64,000 nucleotides of DNA. Source: Cyclobacteriaceae bacterium. GTDB taxonomy: Bacteria > Bacteroidota > Bacteroidia > Cytophagales > Cyclobacteriaceae. The stretch spans positions 14,829 to 78,828 of the forward strand of contig CAXXNX010000060.1 in NCBI GenBank assembly GCA_963664285.2, given 5' to 3'. Each line of letters begins with the position of its first letter. Positions within the stretch are counted from its first letter, which is position 1. This document shows positions 53,037 to 62,796 of this stretch, piece after piece. The notes beneath the pieces were generated by a model. That model had not been told where the DNA came from and ran no database searches. It saw only the letters and a list, made by a program, of their open reading frames with translations. The position numbers were made by a program, and so were the translations under genes.

Positions 53037-54665
53037 TTAACCCGAAAAATTCATAGTAGACAATAAAAAACAGGCATAAATTGCTTATATTGAGATAGTT
53101 AGACAACAAAATAAGCAATTAATTTATGCCTGAATATAAGGAAAAAGATACCGTATTTTATCGAGGAAAACAAGCTTTTAAATTTGATTTTTCAGCATCA
53201 GCGATTAGCTCAGACGGAGCGATATTGTTAAGTGAAAAAGTAGAGAGAAAGACTGGTCTATTAAAAAGCTTCGCCGCACTGATTCCTGACTATCGAAACC
53301 CCTTTTTTATCGAATACACTTATGAAGAAATGCTTCGCCAACGGGTGTTTTTAATGATGCAGGGCTATCAGGATTGCAATGACGAACAAAAACTCCGAGA
53401 GGATCCGGTGATCCGTAAAGTACTAGATAGCGGATTATGTTCCCAGCCTACTTTAAGTCGATTTGAAAACAAGGCCGATCGGAGTCTGATCTACCAGATG
53501 AGTCAATGGTTTGTAGACCGTTATGTAGAGGAGTTGAAAGAGAAGACTGGTCAAATCATCATTGATGTAGATGGTACCGATGACCCTACTCATGGATCCC
53601 AACAACTCAGTTTGTATAATGGCTATTATGGACAGACTATGTACCATGAGTTGTTCTTTAAGGACGGGAACACCGGTCAGGTCATTTTACCAGTACTACG
53701 TCCGGGCAATTGTCACTCCAACAAATGGTTTGTGGCCTTATTGAAAAGGATTGTCATTAAAATCAGAAAAAAACTGCCCTCAGTAAAGATCCTTATTCGA
53801 GCGGATAGTGGCTTTTCAGGAGCATCTTTTTATCGGATAGCTAAGCAGTTTGACCTTCAATTTTGTTTAGGTATTAGTAGTAATGAAGTTTTAAAGACTT
53901 TTACCAAACAGACTATCATTGAAGTAAAAAAGGAATATGCTTCAAAAATCATCAAACATCAAGAGTTTGTTGGCCCGTTTACTTACCAGGCCAAAAGCTG
54001 GGATCGTTCTGAAAAGCTGTACGCCAAAGTGGAGTCTACCGGAAAAGGAATGAATGTCCGTTACTTTGTGAGCAACTTTGAAGCGATGACCGCTCAACAG
54101 ATTTACTTTGATTTTTATGTCAAGCGAGGTGATGCCAGTGAAAATCGAATAAAGGAACTCAAAAACATGACTTATTCCGACCGGCTTTCCTGTCATCGCT
54201 ACTGGGCCAATTTCATGCGTTTAATCATCGCTACCCTCTGTTATGAAATGTTCCGGCAGATTAAATTATTAATTGCCAAAACAAAACACCACTTTGCTAA
54301 ACGATGGCAAGTGGACAATATCCGGCTTTACCTGATGAAGGTTGGGGCGTGCCTGAAAGAAAGGAAAAGATCATTGACAATACAATTCTCAAGAGCCTTT
54401 AGATATCAATACCTGCTGGGCGATTTGCTTACGGTGAACTGACCGATCAGTTAAACAGTTTGGTTTAATCAAAAAAATGTTCTTCCATAAGAACACAATA
54501 GAGCTTTGACTGAAAATTGAAAAATTCTAACAAAAAAACGCTCTAATGTCCTTTGAAATCCAGAAACCTGGTTGATCTTCAAATTAATACATACACTCCA
54601 ATCAAAAATAGTTAGCAACCCATTATTAATCCCAAAATTGGTGGCCTATGAATAATGCGGGCTAA
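53037..54665 (+). mobile_element. IS1380-family-like IS, copy H (intact, simple insertion)
   Basis: TTAA at 53037-53040. The IS proper is 53041-54661 (1,621 bp). The right flank is CTAA (54662-54665). Confidence 0.95.
53126..54442 (+). CDS. IS1380-family-like DDE transposase (438 aa, intact)
   Basis: The protein is identical to the copy G ORF. Confidence 0.85.
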   Translation: MPEYKEKDTVFYRGKQAFKFDFSASAISSDGAILLSEKVERKTGLLKSFAALIPDYRNPFFIEYTYEEMLRQRVFLMMQGYQDCNDEQKLREDPVIRKVLDSGLCSQPTLSRFENKADRSLIYQMSQWFVDRYVEELKEKTGQIIIDVDGTDDPTHGSQQLSLYNGYYGQTMYHELFFKDGNTGQVILPVLRPGNCHSNKWFVALLKRIVIKIRKKLPSVKILIRADSGFSGASFYRIAKQFDLQFCLGISSNEVLKTFTKQTIIEVKKEYASKIIKHQEFVGPFTYQAKSWDRSEKLYAKVESTGKGMNVRYFVSNFEAMTAQQIYFDFYVKRGDASENRIKELKNMTYSDRLSCHRYWANFMRLIIATLCYEMFRQIKLLIAKTKHHFAKRWQVDNIRLYLMKVGACLKERKRSLTIQFSRAFRYQYLLGDLLTVN

Positions 54666-55447
54666 ACCTTTGAGCATCTGAAGTATGCATCCAAATAGGA
54701 TTGCGATTCGCAATTTCAGCCAACCACTTGGCATTACCCGATCTTGTATGAATGAGAACGGGGAGCCTGAAAGTTGGAACCAGTGGAAACTCCCCAGCTT
54801 CTCTATCCATATTATCCTCATGTATGTGACTCTTAATATAAGTCGGCAATCGATATTCAGGCCACTTCCAGTCCACCATGGTTTGGGAAAAAAATTCCTG
54901 CTTTTTTGAAGGTGATGCAAAACCAGTTACAGATTTGCCATCAACCTCTATCCCTACCACTTTACCTTCCTTGATCAAATGTCCTTTACCATCTGATGTT
55001 GCCTTTTGCAACGTCTCTTTGTCAAGATCTTTTAGGTGTTTGTTATAAGAGTGCTTTTCCACTTCAAAGGCACCGTACTTCCTCATATAATCCAGCGGTG
55101 ACAACCCTTCACCGGATGCCTTTTCATTTAATCCCGGAGTATGCTCAAAGATGAACTGGTAGTACTCCTCAACGGTAACCTTCTCCCCTTTTCGGTAGGG
55201 AGAAATGAAGTGTTCCTTTATACCTAATTCTCCGGTGGGGTCAATCCTCCATGACAACTCGATCCAGAACTCATCTTCCTCCCATACTTCGCCTGGATTC
55301 GACTCATAATTAAATTTCACCTCCTTCCCCGACCGTCTGGCAGCTTCTCTCAGCACTGGTTGCCTGAATGCAATCCAGGTGCCACCATGGGTTTCATAGC
55401 TATTAATATCATGACGTTCACTGGCGTGACCCATTGGCAAAACATAA

Positions 55448-55663
55448 TCAGCAAAAATAGGCAGTTTCATTCCAGGTTGGTGCAGGCTTGTAATGCCGAT
55501 CAACTAAGCAGATCTCCTGTTCAGCTCCAATGTGCATTTGTCCTTCGTTAAACCAGCCATCCTCTAACATTTTCTCTAATGCATGAGTGTCCTGTAATAA
55601 ATGGCGGGTAAAACTGTTAAGATCCTTTTGATTGGTGACTAGCCTGACATTTGCACTTCCCAT
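55448..55663 (-). pseudogene. carboxylate-amine/glutamate-cysteine-ligase-like protein, N-terminal ~65 aa only
   Basis: 'IGAEQEICLVD' is a GCS2-like motif. The frame collapses at ~55495, where the molybdopterin oxidoreductase fragment begins. Confidence 0.3.
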
Positions 55664-55895
55664 ATTCGTAATCTTTTAAAGGGCCTAAAACGGCACTAAA
55701 ATAAATATAGTAAATCTACACCTATCCGCGGATGCTATTTTCTTTTTCAATATTAAATGAGATTGTGTATCCTAAAAATGGTTCATGCGTTTTATTAACT
55801 TTGCAATGATTAGGGAAGACTGAATAGGATTTTTAGAGATGCCCTATAATATTTGACTGGAATTCCGTTTTATTCATCAGATCGTTCGACAGGGT

Positions 55896-57524
55896 TTAAC
55901 CCGCATTATTCATAGGCCACCAATTTTGGGATTAATAATGGGTTGCTAACTATTTTTGATTGGAGTGTATGTATTAATTTGAAGATCAACCAGGTTTCTG
56001 GATTTCAAAGGACATTAGAGCGTTTTTTTGTTAGAATTTTTCAATTTTCAGTCAAAGCTCTATTGTGTTCTTATGGAAGAACATTTTTTTGATTAAATCA
56101 AACTGTTTAACTGATCGGTCAGTTCACCGTAAGCAAATCGCCCAGCAGGTATTGATATCTAAAGGCTCTTGAGAATTGTATTGTCAATGATCTTTTCCTT
56201 TCTTTCAGGCACGCCCCAACCTTCATCAGGTAAAGCCGGATATTGTCCACTTGCCATCGTTTAGCAAAGTGGTGTTTTGTTTTGGCAATTAATAATTTAA
56301 TCTGCCGGAACATTTCATAACAGAGGGTAGCGATGATTAAACGCATGAAATTGGCCCAGTAGCGATGACAGGAAAGCCGGTCGGAATAAGTCATGTTTTT
56401 GAGTTCCTTTATTCGATTTTCACTGGCATCACCTCGCTTGACATAAAAATCAAAGTAAATCTGTTGAGCGGTCATCGCTTCAAAGTTGCTCACAAAGTAA
56501 CGGACATTCATTCCTTTTCCGGTAGACTCCACTTTGGCGTACAGCTTTTCAGAACGATCCCAGCTTTTGGCCTGGTAAGTAAACGGGCCAACAAACTCTT
56601 GATGTTTGATGATTTTTGAAGCATATTCCTTTTTTACTTCAATGATAGTCTGTTTGGTAAAAGTCTTTAAAACTTCATTACTACTAATACCTAAACAAAA
56701 TTGAAGGTCAAACTGCTTAGCTATCCGATAAAAAGATGCTCCTGAAAAGCCACTATCCGCTCGAATAAGGATCTTTACTGAGGGCAGTTTTTTTCTGATT
56801 TTAATGACAATCCTTTTCAATAAGGCCACAAACCATTTGTTGGAGTGACAATTGCCCGGACGTAGTACTGGTAAAATGACCTGACCGGTGTTCCCGTCCT
56901 TAAAGAACAACTCATGGTACATAGTCTGTCCATAATAGCCATTATACAAACTGAGTTGTTGGAATCCATGAGTAGGGTCATCGGTACCATCTACATCAAT
57001 GATGATTTGACCAGTCTTCTCTTTCAACTCCTCTACATAACGGTCTACAAACCATTGACTCATCTGGTAGATCAGACTCCGATCGGCCTTGTTTTCAAAT
57101 CGACTTAAAGTAGGCTGGGAACATAATCCGCTATCTAGTACTTTACGGATCACCGGATCCTCTCGGAGTTTTTGTTCGTCATTGCAATCCTGATAGCTCT
57201 GCATCATTAAAAACACCCGTTGGCGAAGCATTTCTTCATAAGTGTATTCGATAAAAAAGGGGTTTCGATAGTCAGGAATCAGTGCGGCGAAGCTTTTTAA
57301 TAGACCAGTCTTTCTCTCTACTTTTTCACTTAACAATATCGCTCCGTCTGAGCTAATCGCTGATGCTGAAAAATCAAATTTAAAAGCTTGTTTTCCTCGA
57401 TAAAATACGGTATCTTTTTCCTTATATTCAGGCATAAATTAATTGCTTATTTTGCTGTCTAACTATCTCAATATAAGCAATTTATGCCTGTTTTTTATTG
57501 TCTACTATGAATTTTTCGGGCTAA
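55896..57524 (-). mobile_element. IS1380-family-like IS, copy I
   Basis: TTAA at 55896-55899. The IS proper is 55900-57520 (1,621 bp). The right flank is CTAA. The two flanks belong to unrelated genes. Confidence 0.95.
56119..57435 (-). CDS. IS1380-family-like DDE transposase (438 aa, two substitutions)
   Basis: Full-length ORF with G->S (MMQSYQ) and S->F (THGFQQ) relative to copies G/H. Confidence 0.8.
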   Translation of the reverse strand: MPEYKEKDTVFYRGKQAFKFDFSASAISSDGAILLSEKVERKTGLLKSFAALIPDYRNPFFIEYTYEEMLRQRVFLMMQSYQDCNDEQKLREDPVIRKVLDSGLCSQPTLSRFENKADRSLIYQMSQWFVDRYVEELKEKTGQIIIDVDGTDDPTHGFQQLSLYNGYYGQTMYHELFFKDGNTGQVILPVLRPGNCHSNKWFVALLKRIVIKIRKKLPSVKILIRADSGFSGASFYRIAKQFDLQFCLGISSNEVLKTFTKQTIIEVKKEYASKIIKHQEFVGPFTYQAKSWDRSEKLYAKVESTGKGMNVRYFVSNFEAMTAQQIYFDFYVKRGDASENRIKELKNMTYSDRLSCHRYWANFMRLIIATLCYEMFRQIKLLIAKTKHHFAKRWQVDNIRLYLMKVGACLKERKRSLTIQFSRAFRYQYLLGDLLTVN

Positions 57525-58966
57525 GGAAACGATTTTGGCGACCGGTTTCAATAGAAATCATAAAATAACCCAGGAAGGTGGAATCATTCAGGAGGAATAC
57601 CGCGTGGAGTACGTTACCGATCGAACCAATACACTGGGGAAAGGAATTTTGGGTGTGACGCTAGAATGTGCGAAGTGCCACGATCACAAGTTTGATCCGA
57701 TCTCCCAAAAAGATTATTACAGCACCTTTGCTTTTTTTGACAAAGTCCCTGAGAAAGGTATTTACCGGACCATTGGCTATGCTTCCCTAGCTGACCCCCC
57801 CCCCCAAGATGGCCATCACTGAGGAAGATATTTCTGGTATTCTCAATTTCATTAACAAGAAAAATCCCGGAAGACTGGAGGTGATGATCATGCAGGATTC
57901 GGCTGACATAAGAGAAACCTACGTTCTGAATCGGGGAAATTACGATGCCAAAACAGATGTTGTTGATTTCGGTACACCCTCAGCCATTTTGGAATTCGAT
58001 ACTACCAAATTCGATCGCAACCGTTATGGTTTAGCCTAATGGCTTTTTGATGAAAGGAATCCTTTAACGGCCCGGGTTTATGTAAATAGAATATGGCAGG
58101 AATTCTTTGGTAGAGGAATCGTAAATACCGTGGGGGACTTTGGAGTTCAGGGCAACCTACCGTCACATCCCGAACTTCTCGACTGGCTCGCAGTTGATTT
58201 TATGGAAAATGGCTGGGACATCAAACGATTGGTCAAAAAGGTAGTGATGTCTTCCACTTACACTCAATCTGCCGTGGTCGAAGAAGAAGTGTTAGAAAAG
58301 GATGCAAACAATGTCTATTTGTCCCGGATGCCCAGGCTGAGATTGTTAGCAGAGCATATCCGTGATCTTATATTGGCCAGCAGTGGATTGCTTAATAGAG
58401 AGATCGGTGGGCCTAGTGTGAAACCCTATCAACCGGATGGCCTTTGGAATGCGGCAACTTCAGGCAGAAGTATTCTCCAAAAATATGTACGGGATCACGG
58501 GACTGATTTGTATCGAAGAGGGATGTATACTTTCATTAAAAGGACAGTGCCTCCTCCAGTGATGCTCACTTTTGATGCCTCTAACCGTGATCAATGTGAA
58601 GTCAATCGCTATTCTACCAATACGCTATTACAGGCATTGATCATGCTGAATGATCCTACAGTACTAGAGTCTTCGAGGGTTCTCGCCGAAAGATTAATCA
58701 AAGAAAATGAGGACTTTTCTCAACAGGTTGAACAAGCATTTAAGTTGATCCTCAATAGGAAGATTAAAGAAGACGAAAAACCACTCTTCGTTGATTTCTA
58801 CCAAAAAAATCTTGATCGGTTTGAAACCAAACCGGATTTAGTAGAGGCTACTCTGAATGTTGGTGAATATCGCATGAAATCAGAAGATAAAAGAATTGAA
58901 ATTGTTTCTCTAATGCAGGTTATCCATATGATTTACAATCTGGATGAAGCTATAGTAAAAAGTTAA
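57525..58966 (+). pseudogene. DUF1553 (PSD1-type) protein: N-terminus removed by IS I, frameshift in a C11 tract, in-frame TAA
   Basis: 'LECAKCHDHKFDPISQKDYY' and 'NPLTARVYVNRIWQEFFGRGIV' are DUF1553 motifs. The C11 tract is at 57795-57805. TAA at 58037-58039 interrupts an otherwise continuous frame. Confidence 0.8.
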
Positions 58967-60427
58967 TGGACCATGGACAAGAATTTTTTAGAGTACAAAC
59001 TGAATATCAACAGGCGTCATTTCTTTAGTAAGGGTTGGTGCAGGGTATCGGTGGAGCTGCTTTAGGCTCACTCTTAATACCGGATTTGTTTAAAAGTTCC
59101 GGCTCAGACCAACTACCTGCCGGTATAAAGCATTTTGCATCTAAGGCTAAGAGGGTAATTTATCTTTTTCAAAATGGAGCGCCCTCACAATTTGAAAGTT
59201 TTGATTACAAACCTTTGTTAAACAAGATGTATGGGGAGGATCCTGCCCGAATCCATACGGCAGGGTCAACGGCTGACAACCATGACTTCCGGTCAGGAAC
59301 ACTTTCCCCTTGTTGGGTCAAAATTTGAGTTTAAACAATATGGGAATTCAGGAACATGGGTGAGTGACCTTTTTCCAAAATATTGCCCAAATCACCGACG
59401 ATATATGTGTAATCAAAACGATCCATACTGAGGCTATCAACCATGACCCCGCTCTGACATTTCTTCAAACCGGTGCTCAGGTGGGCAACCGACCGAGCCT
59501 AGGTGCCTGGTTAAGTTATGGCTTAGGTAGCGAAAACAAAAACCTGCCAGCTTTCTGTGTTCTGCTCTCAAGAAGTAGGGGAAACGGACAAGGTGTATAT
59601 TCTAAATTGTGGAGCAATGGTTTTCTGGACAGTATACACCAGGGAGTTCAATTTACTGCAGGAGATGATCCAATTCTGTATCTCAACAACCCGGAAGGTA
59701 TTTCCAAAGACAATCGAAGGGAAATGCTGGACTACCTGGCACAGCTCAACGAAAAGAGCTACGAGGAATTCGGTGACCCTGAGATCCAAACGCGGATACG
59801 GCAATACGAAATGGCTTTTAGGATGCAAACGGCTGTTCCGGAGCTCATGGATTTGAGTAAGGAACCTGACCATATCATTAAAATGTATGGCGCAGACTGC
59901 CTGGTACCAGGTACTTATGCGGCAAATTGTTTGCTGGCGCGGAAGTTATCGGAGTCAGGCGTGAGATTCGTACAAACTCTATCACCAGGGTTGGGATCAG
60001 CATGGAGATCTTCCTAAAGATATGCCACTACAAGCAGAAGACGTAGACCGGCCATCGGCTGCATTAATCAGGGATTTTAAAACAACGAGGGTTTCTGGAT
60101 GAAACATTGGTGATTTGGGGTGGTGAATTTGGTCGCACTAATTACTGCCAGGGAAAATTGGAAAAAGGAAACTATGGGTGAGATCATCATCCTCGATGCT
60201 ACAGTCTCTGGATGGCGGGAGGCGGCGTTAAAGCCGGGACAACTTACGGTGAAACGGATGAATTTGGCTACAATATTGTGCGTGATCCTGTCCACATTCA
60301 TGATCTGCATGCCACAATATTGCACCTCCTTGGATTTAACCATGAAAAACTCACTTACAAATACCTCGGTCGGAGGTTTAGACTGACAGATGTGCATGGT
60401 GAAGTGGTGAAAGGACTAGTAGCTTGA
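58966..60427 (+). pseudogene. DUF1501 (sulfatase-fold) protein, at least 6 frameshifts
   Basis: The ATG overlaps the upstream stop (TAATG). A Tat-like 'NRRHFFSKG.VQGIGGAALG' leader is followed by fragments at 59035, 59231, 59364, ~60000 and 60212, ending '...[19 protein letters not shown]'. Confidence 0.8.
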
Positions 60428-60431
60428 GCTA

Positions 60432-62572
60432 GTGCAGAAATTAAAGTCACTATCGGAGAGTGTTGCGCTTTTCACTATCTCAGCACTGACAATTCTATTT
60501 ATATTCGAGCAGTACATTGAAGTTCCGTCCTTAGTTCAGGTGTTTGGCAGAACGCATCCACTGCTGCTTCATTTTCCCATCGTCTTGATCACTGTTGCTG
60601 TACTGCTGGAATTAGGCAAAAATCAACTGGAATTTAAATCATACTCCAAAATCAGACTGTGGTTACTCATTCTCATTGTACTCTCCTCAGCCTTATCTGC
60701 ATTAATGGGTTTAATTCTCTCGCAGGAAGGCGGTTATGACCAATCAAGCCTGAACTGGCATAAATGGACCGGTATATCCCTTGGTTACAATCATGTTCCT
60801 CGTGTACAAGTTAAGAGATACCAAAATTTATCGGATTTTAATTGCAGGCTTCATTTATGTTGACCATTGTTGTAGGACATCTAGGGGGTAACCTCACTCA
60901 CGGATCCGGCTATTTGACCAACCCCATTCAAATAAAGGAAAAAATTCAATTTGATCCTCAGGCACCCATATTCGCGGGTGTGATCAACCCAATATTCGAT
61001 CAGCGTTGTCAAAGCTGCCATAATCCTGACAAGTACAAAGGGGAGCTTGATCTAACCAGTTATGAAGCGATGCTGAAAGGGGGAGAAAGCGGCACTTCAA
61101 TTGTACCTGGCGACCTGAATAATAGCGAAATGATCCGAAGAATCAATCTCCCGCTTGATGATGAAGACCATATGCCACCCCCTGATAAGTCTCAACTGAC
61201 AATTCCAGAGATTACCTTATTGACTGCATGGGTTGCTCGCGGCGCTGACCCAGACGTTATGCTGAGTGACCTTGGAGCAACTGATACCCTGGTAGTTTTG
61301 GTCGAAGCAATTACACAAGACCTGGTTCAAGACGAAAGTTCTCATGATTTTGATTTCGCCTCTACCAAACTGGTTGCCCGATCTTAATAACGCATTTCGA
61401 AGTGTTATACAAAGCACACCTGCAACACCTGGCCTGGAAGCCAGTATTATTGTTAGAACAGCTTACGAACCAAACCAACTAACAGAACTAACCTCAGTAA
61501 AGGACCAGCTTTGGGTTTCTTTGAATTTGAGTACGCTACCCATTAAAGATGACGATCTTTCGGACCATAGCTTCATTCAAAAAACTGGAGAAACTCAATC
61601 TTAATGGGACAGATATTTTCGGTGAGCAATTGGGGGAATTAATGACCCTTAAAAAGCTGAAATCGCTAGCCCTCTCATCAACAGCAGGTAGGTTACGAAT
61701 CCATCTCTCAGGCTCTCGCAAATTATGAATCGTTGGAAAATGTCTACTTGTGGAACACTTCATTAAGTGCTGAGCAAGAAGAAGCTTTGAAAACAGAATT
61801 CCCTCAGCTGGTATTTGATTTTGGATTTAGAGATGATAAGGAAGAGATGCTAAGGTTAAGCTCTCCCATATTGAAAAATGATAAGCAAGTCATTGCCTCC
61901 GGCGAGAAGATAGTCTTAGAGCATAAAATGAAAGGAGTTTCTGTCCGATACACCATGGATGATACTGAACCGGACAGCATCAATTCCCCGATTTATACAG
62001 AACCACTAATCCTGACGGAATCTGCCACACTGAAGGCCAAAGCTTACAAGCATGGATGGATGAGTAGTGGAGCAGCCACTTTTAAATTTTATATAAGGGG
62101 AATCGAACCCACCAATGTCGAATTGCTAAGCCACCCCGACCCTATGTATCCTGGAGCTGGAGTAAGATCGCTCACAGACGGTATAATAGGGAATCCCAAC
62201 CTGCATGATTATCCAGTCTGGTTGGGATATATTGAACCTGCAGAATTTTTAGTTGACCTTGGGTCATCTCCTCAATCAGTCAGAGAAATTAAGGTCAATT
62301 ACCTTGTCAACTTGGATAACCGGGCTTTCCCCCCTTCATCAGCTGAAATTTGGGGTGGAAATGATCCCAATCAAATGAATAAGCTCAGCAAAAAAACCTC
62401 GACCCGACCAACCGAGTACGTTGACACTCAGGTGGAAATGTTAGATTTCGATTTGGAAAATGCCTCGTATCGTTATTACAAAATCGTCCTAAATTCTTTT
62501 GGCCCACTTCCTAAGTGGATGAAACGAGAGGGTGACTCGTTTGTATTCGTTGGTGAGATATTTTTGTATTGA
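60432..62572 (+). pseudogene. membrane-anchored c-type-cytochrome-domain (PSCyt1) / LRR / discoidin-like protein, at least 3 frameshifts
   Basis: 'CQSCHNPDKYKGELDLTSYEAMLKGGESG' is a heme-binding CxxCH in a PSCyt1-like context. The pieces are 60432-60863, 60842-61387, 61344-61604 and 61733-62572. Confidence 0.7.
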
Positions 62573-62665
62573 GTTTATATGCCTTGTCGTTTACAAACCG
62601 AACTATTTACCTAGACGATAGATGTCAGAAAAAAGTATATTGAACGTGAAAGCTCGTAGTTAAAT

Positions 62666-62796
62666 ATGGCATTGTTTTCATTCTTAGATAGAGTGCATTC
62701 TTTAGCCAAACCTGGTTACAACCGCTGGTTGGTCCCTCCTGCCGCCTTGTCCATCCATCTTTGCATCGGTCAGATTTATGCATACAGTGTATTTAA
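62666..62796 (+). pseudogene. MFS transporter (oxalate/formate antiporter-like), cut after ~43 codons by IS copy J
   Basis: 'MALFSFLDRVHSLAKPGYNRWLVPPAALSIHLCIGQIYAYSVF' is followed directly by the IS terminus. Confidence 0.6.

Larger units (their letters stand above)
52700..55503 (-). pseudogene. molybdopterin oxidoreductase (C-terminal half), split by IS copy H and lacking its N-terminal half
   Basis: '...NRNPIWMHTSDAQRF' (54666-55503) joins 'NLVSGDLVRVSTEIGYF...' (52700-53036) in frame when the IS is removed. The 4Fe-4S/N-terminal domains are absent. Confidence 0.7.

Noticed and set aside
54666-55895. Copies H (+) and I (-) face each other with IRR inward and could form a composite transposon. 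The same applies to A/B around 5528-7199.
   Set aside because: The enclosed DNA is contiguous with the gene halves outside the IS: the oxidoreductase continues across H and mscS continues across B. These are therefore independent insertions, not a mobilised unit.
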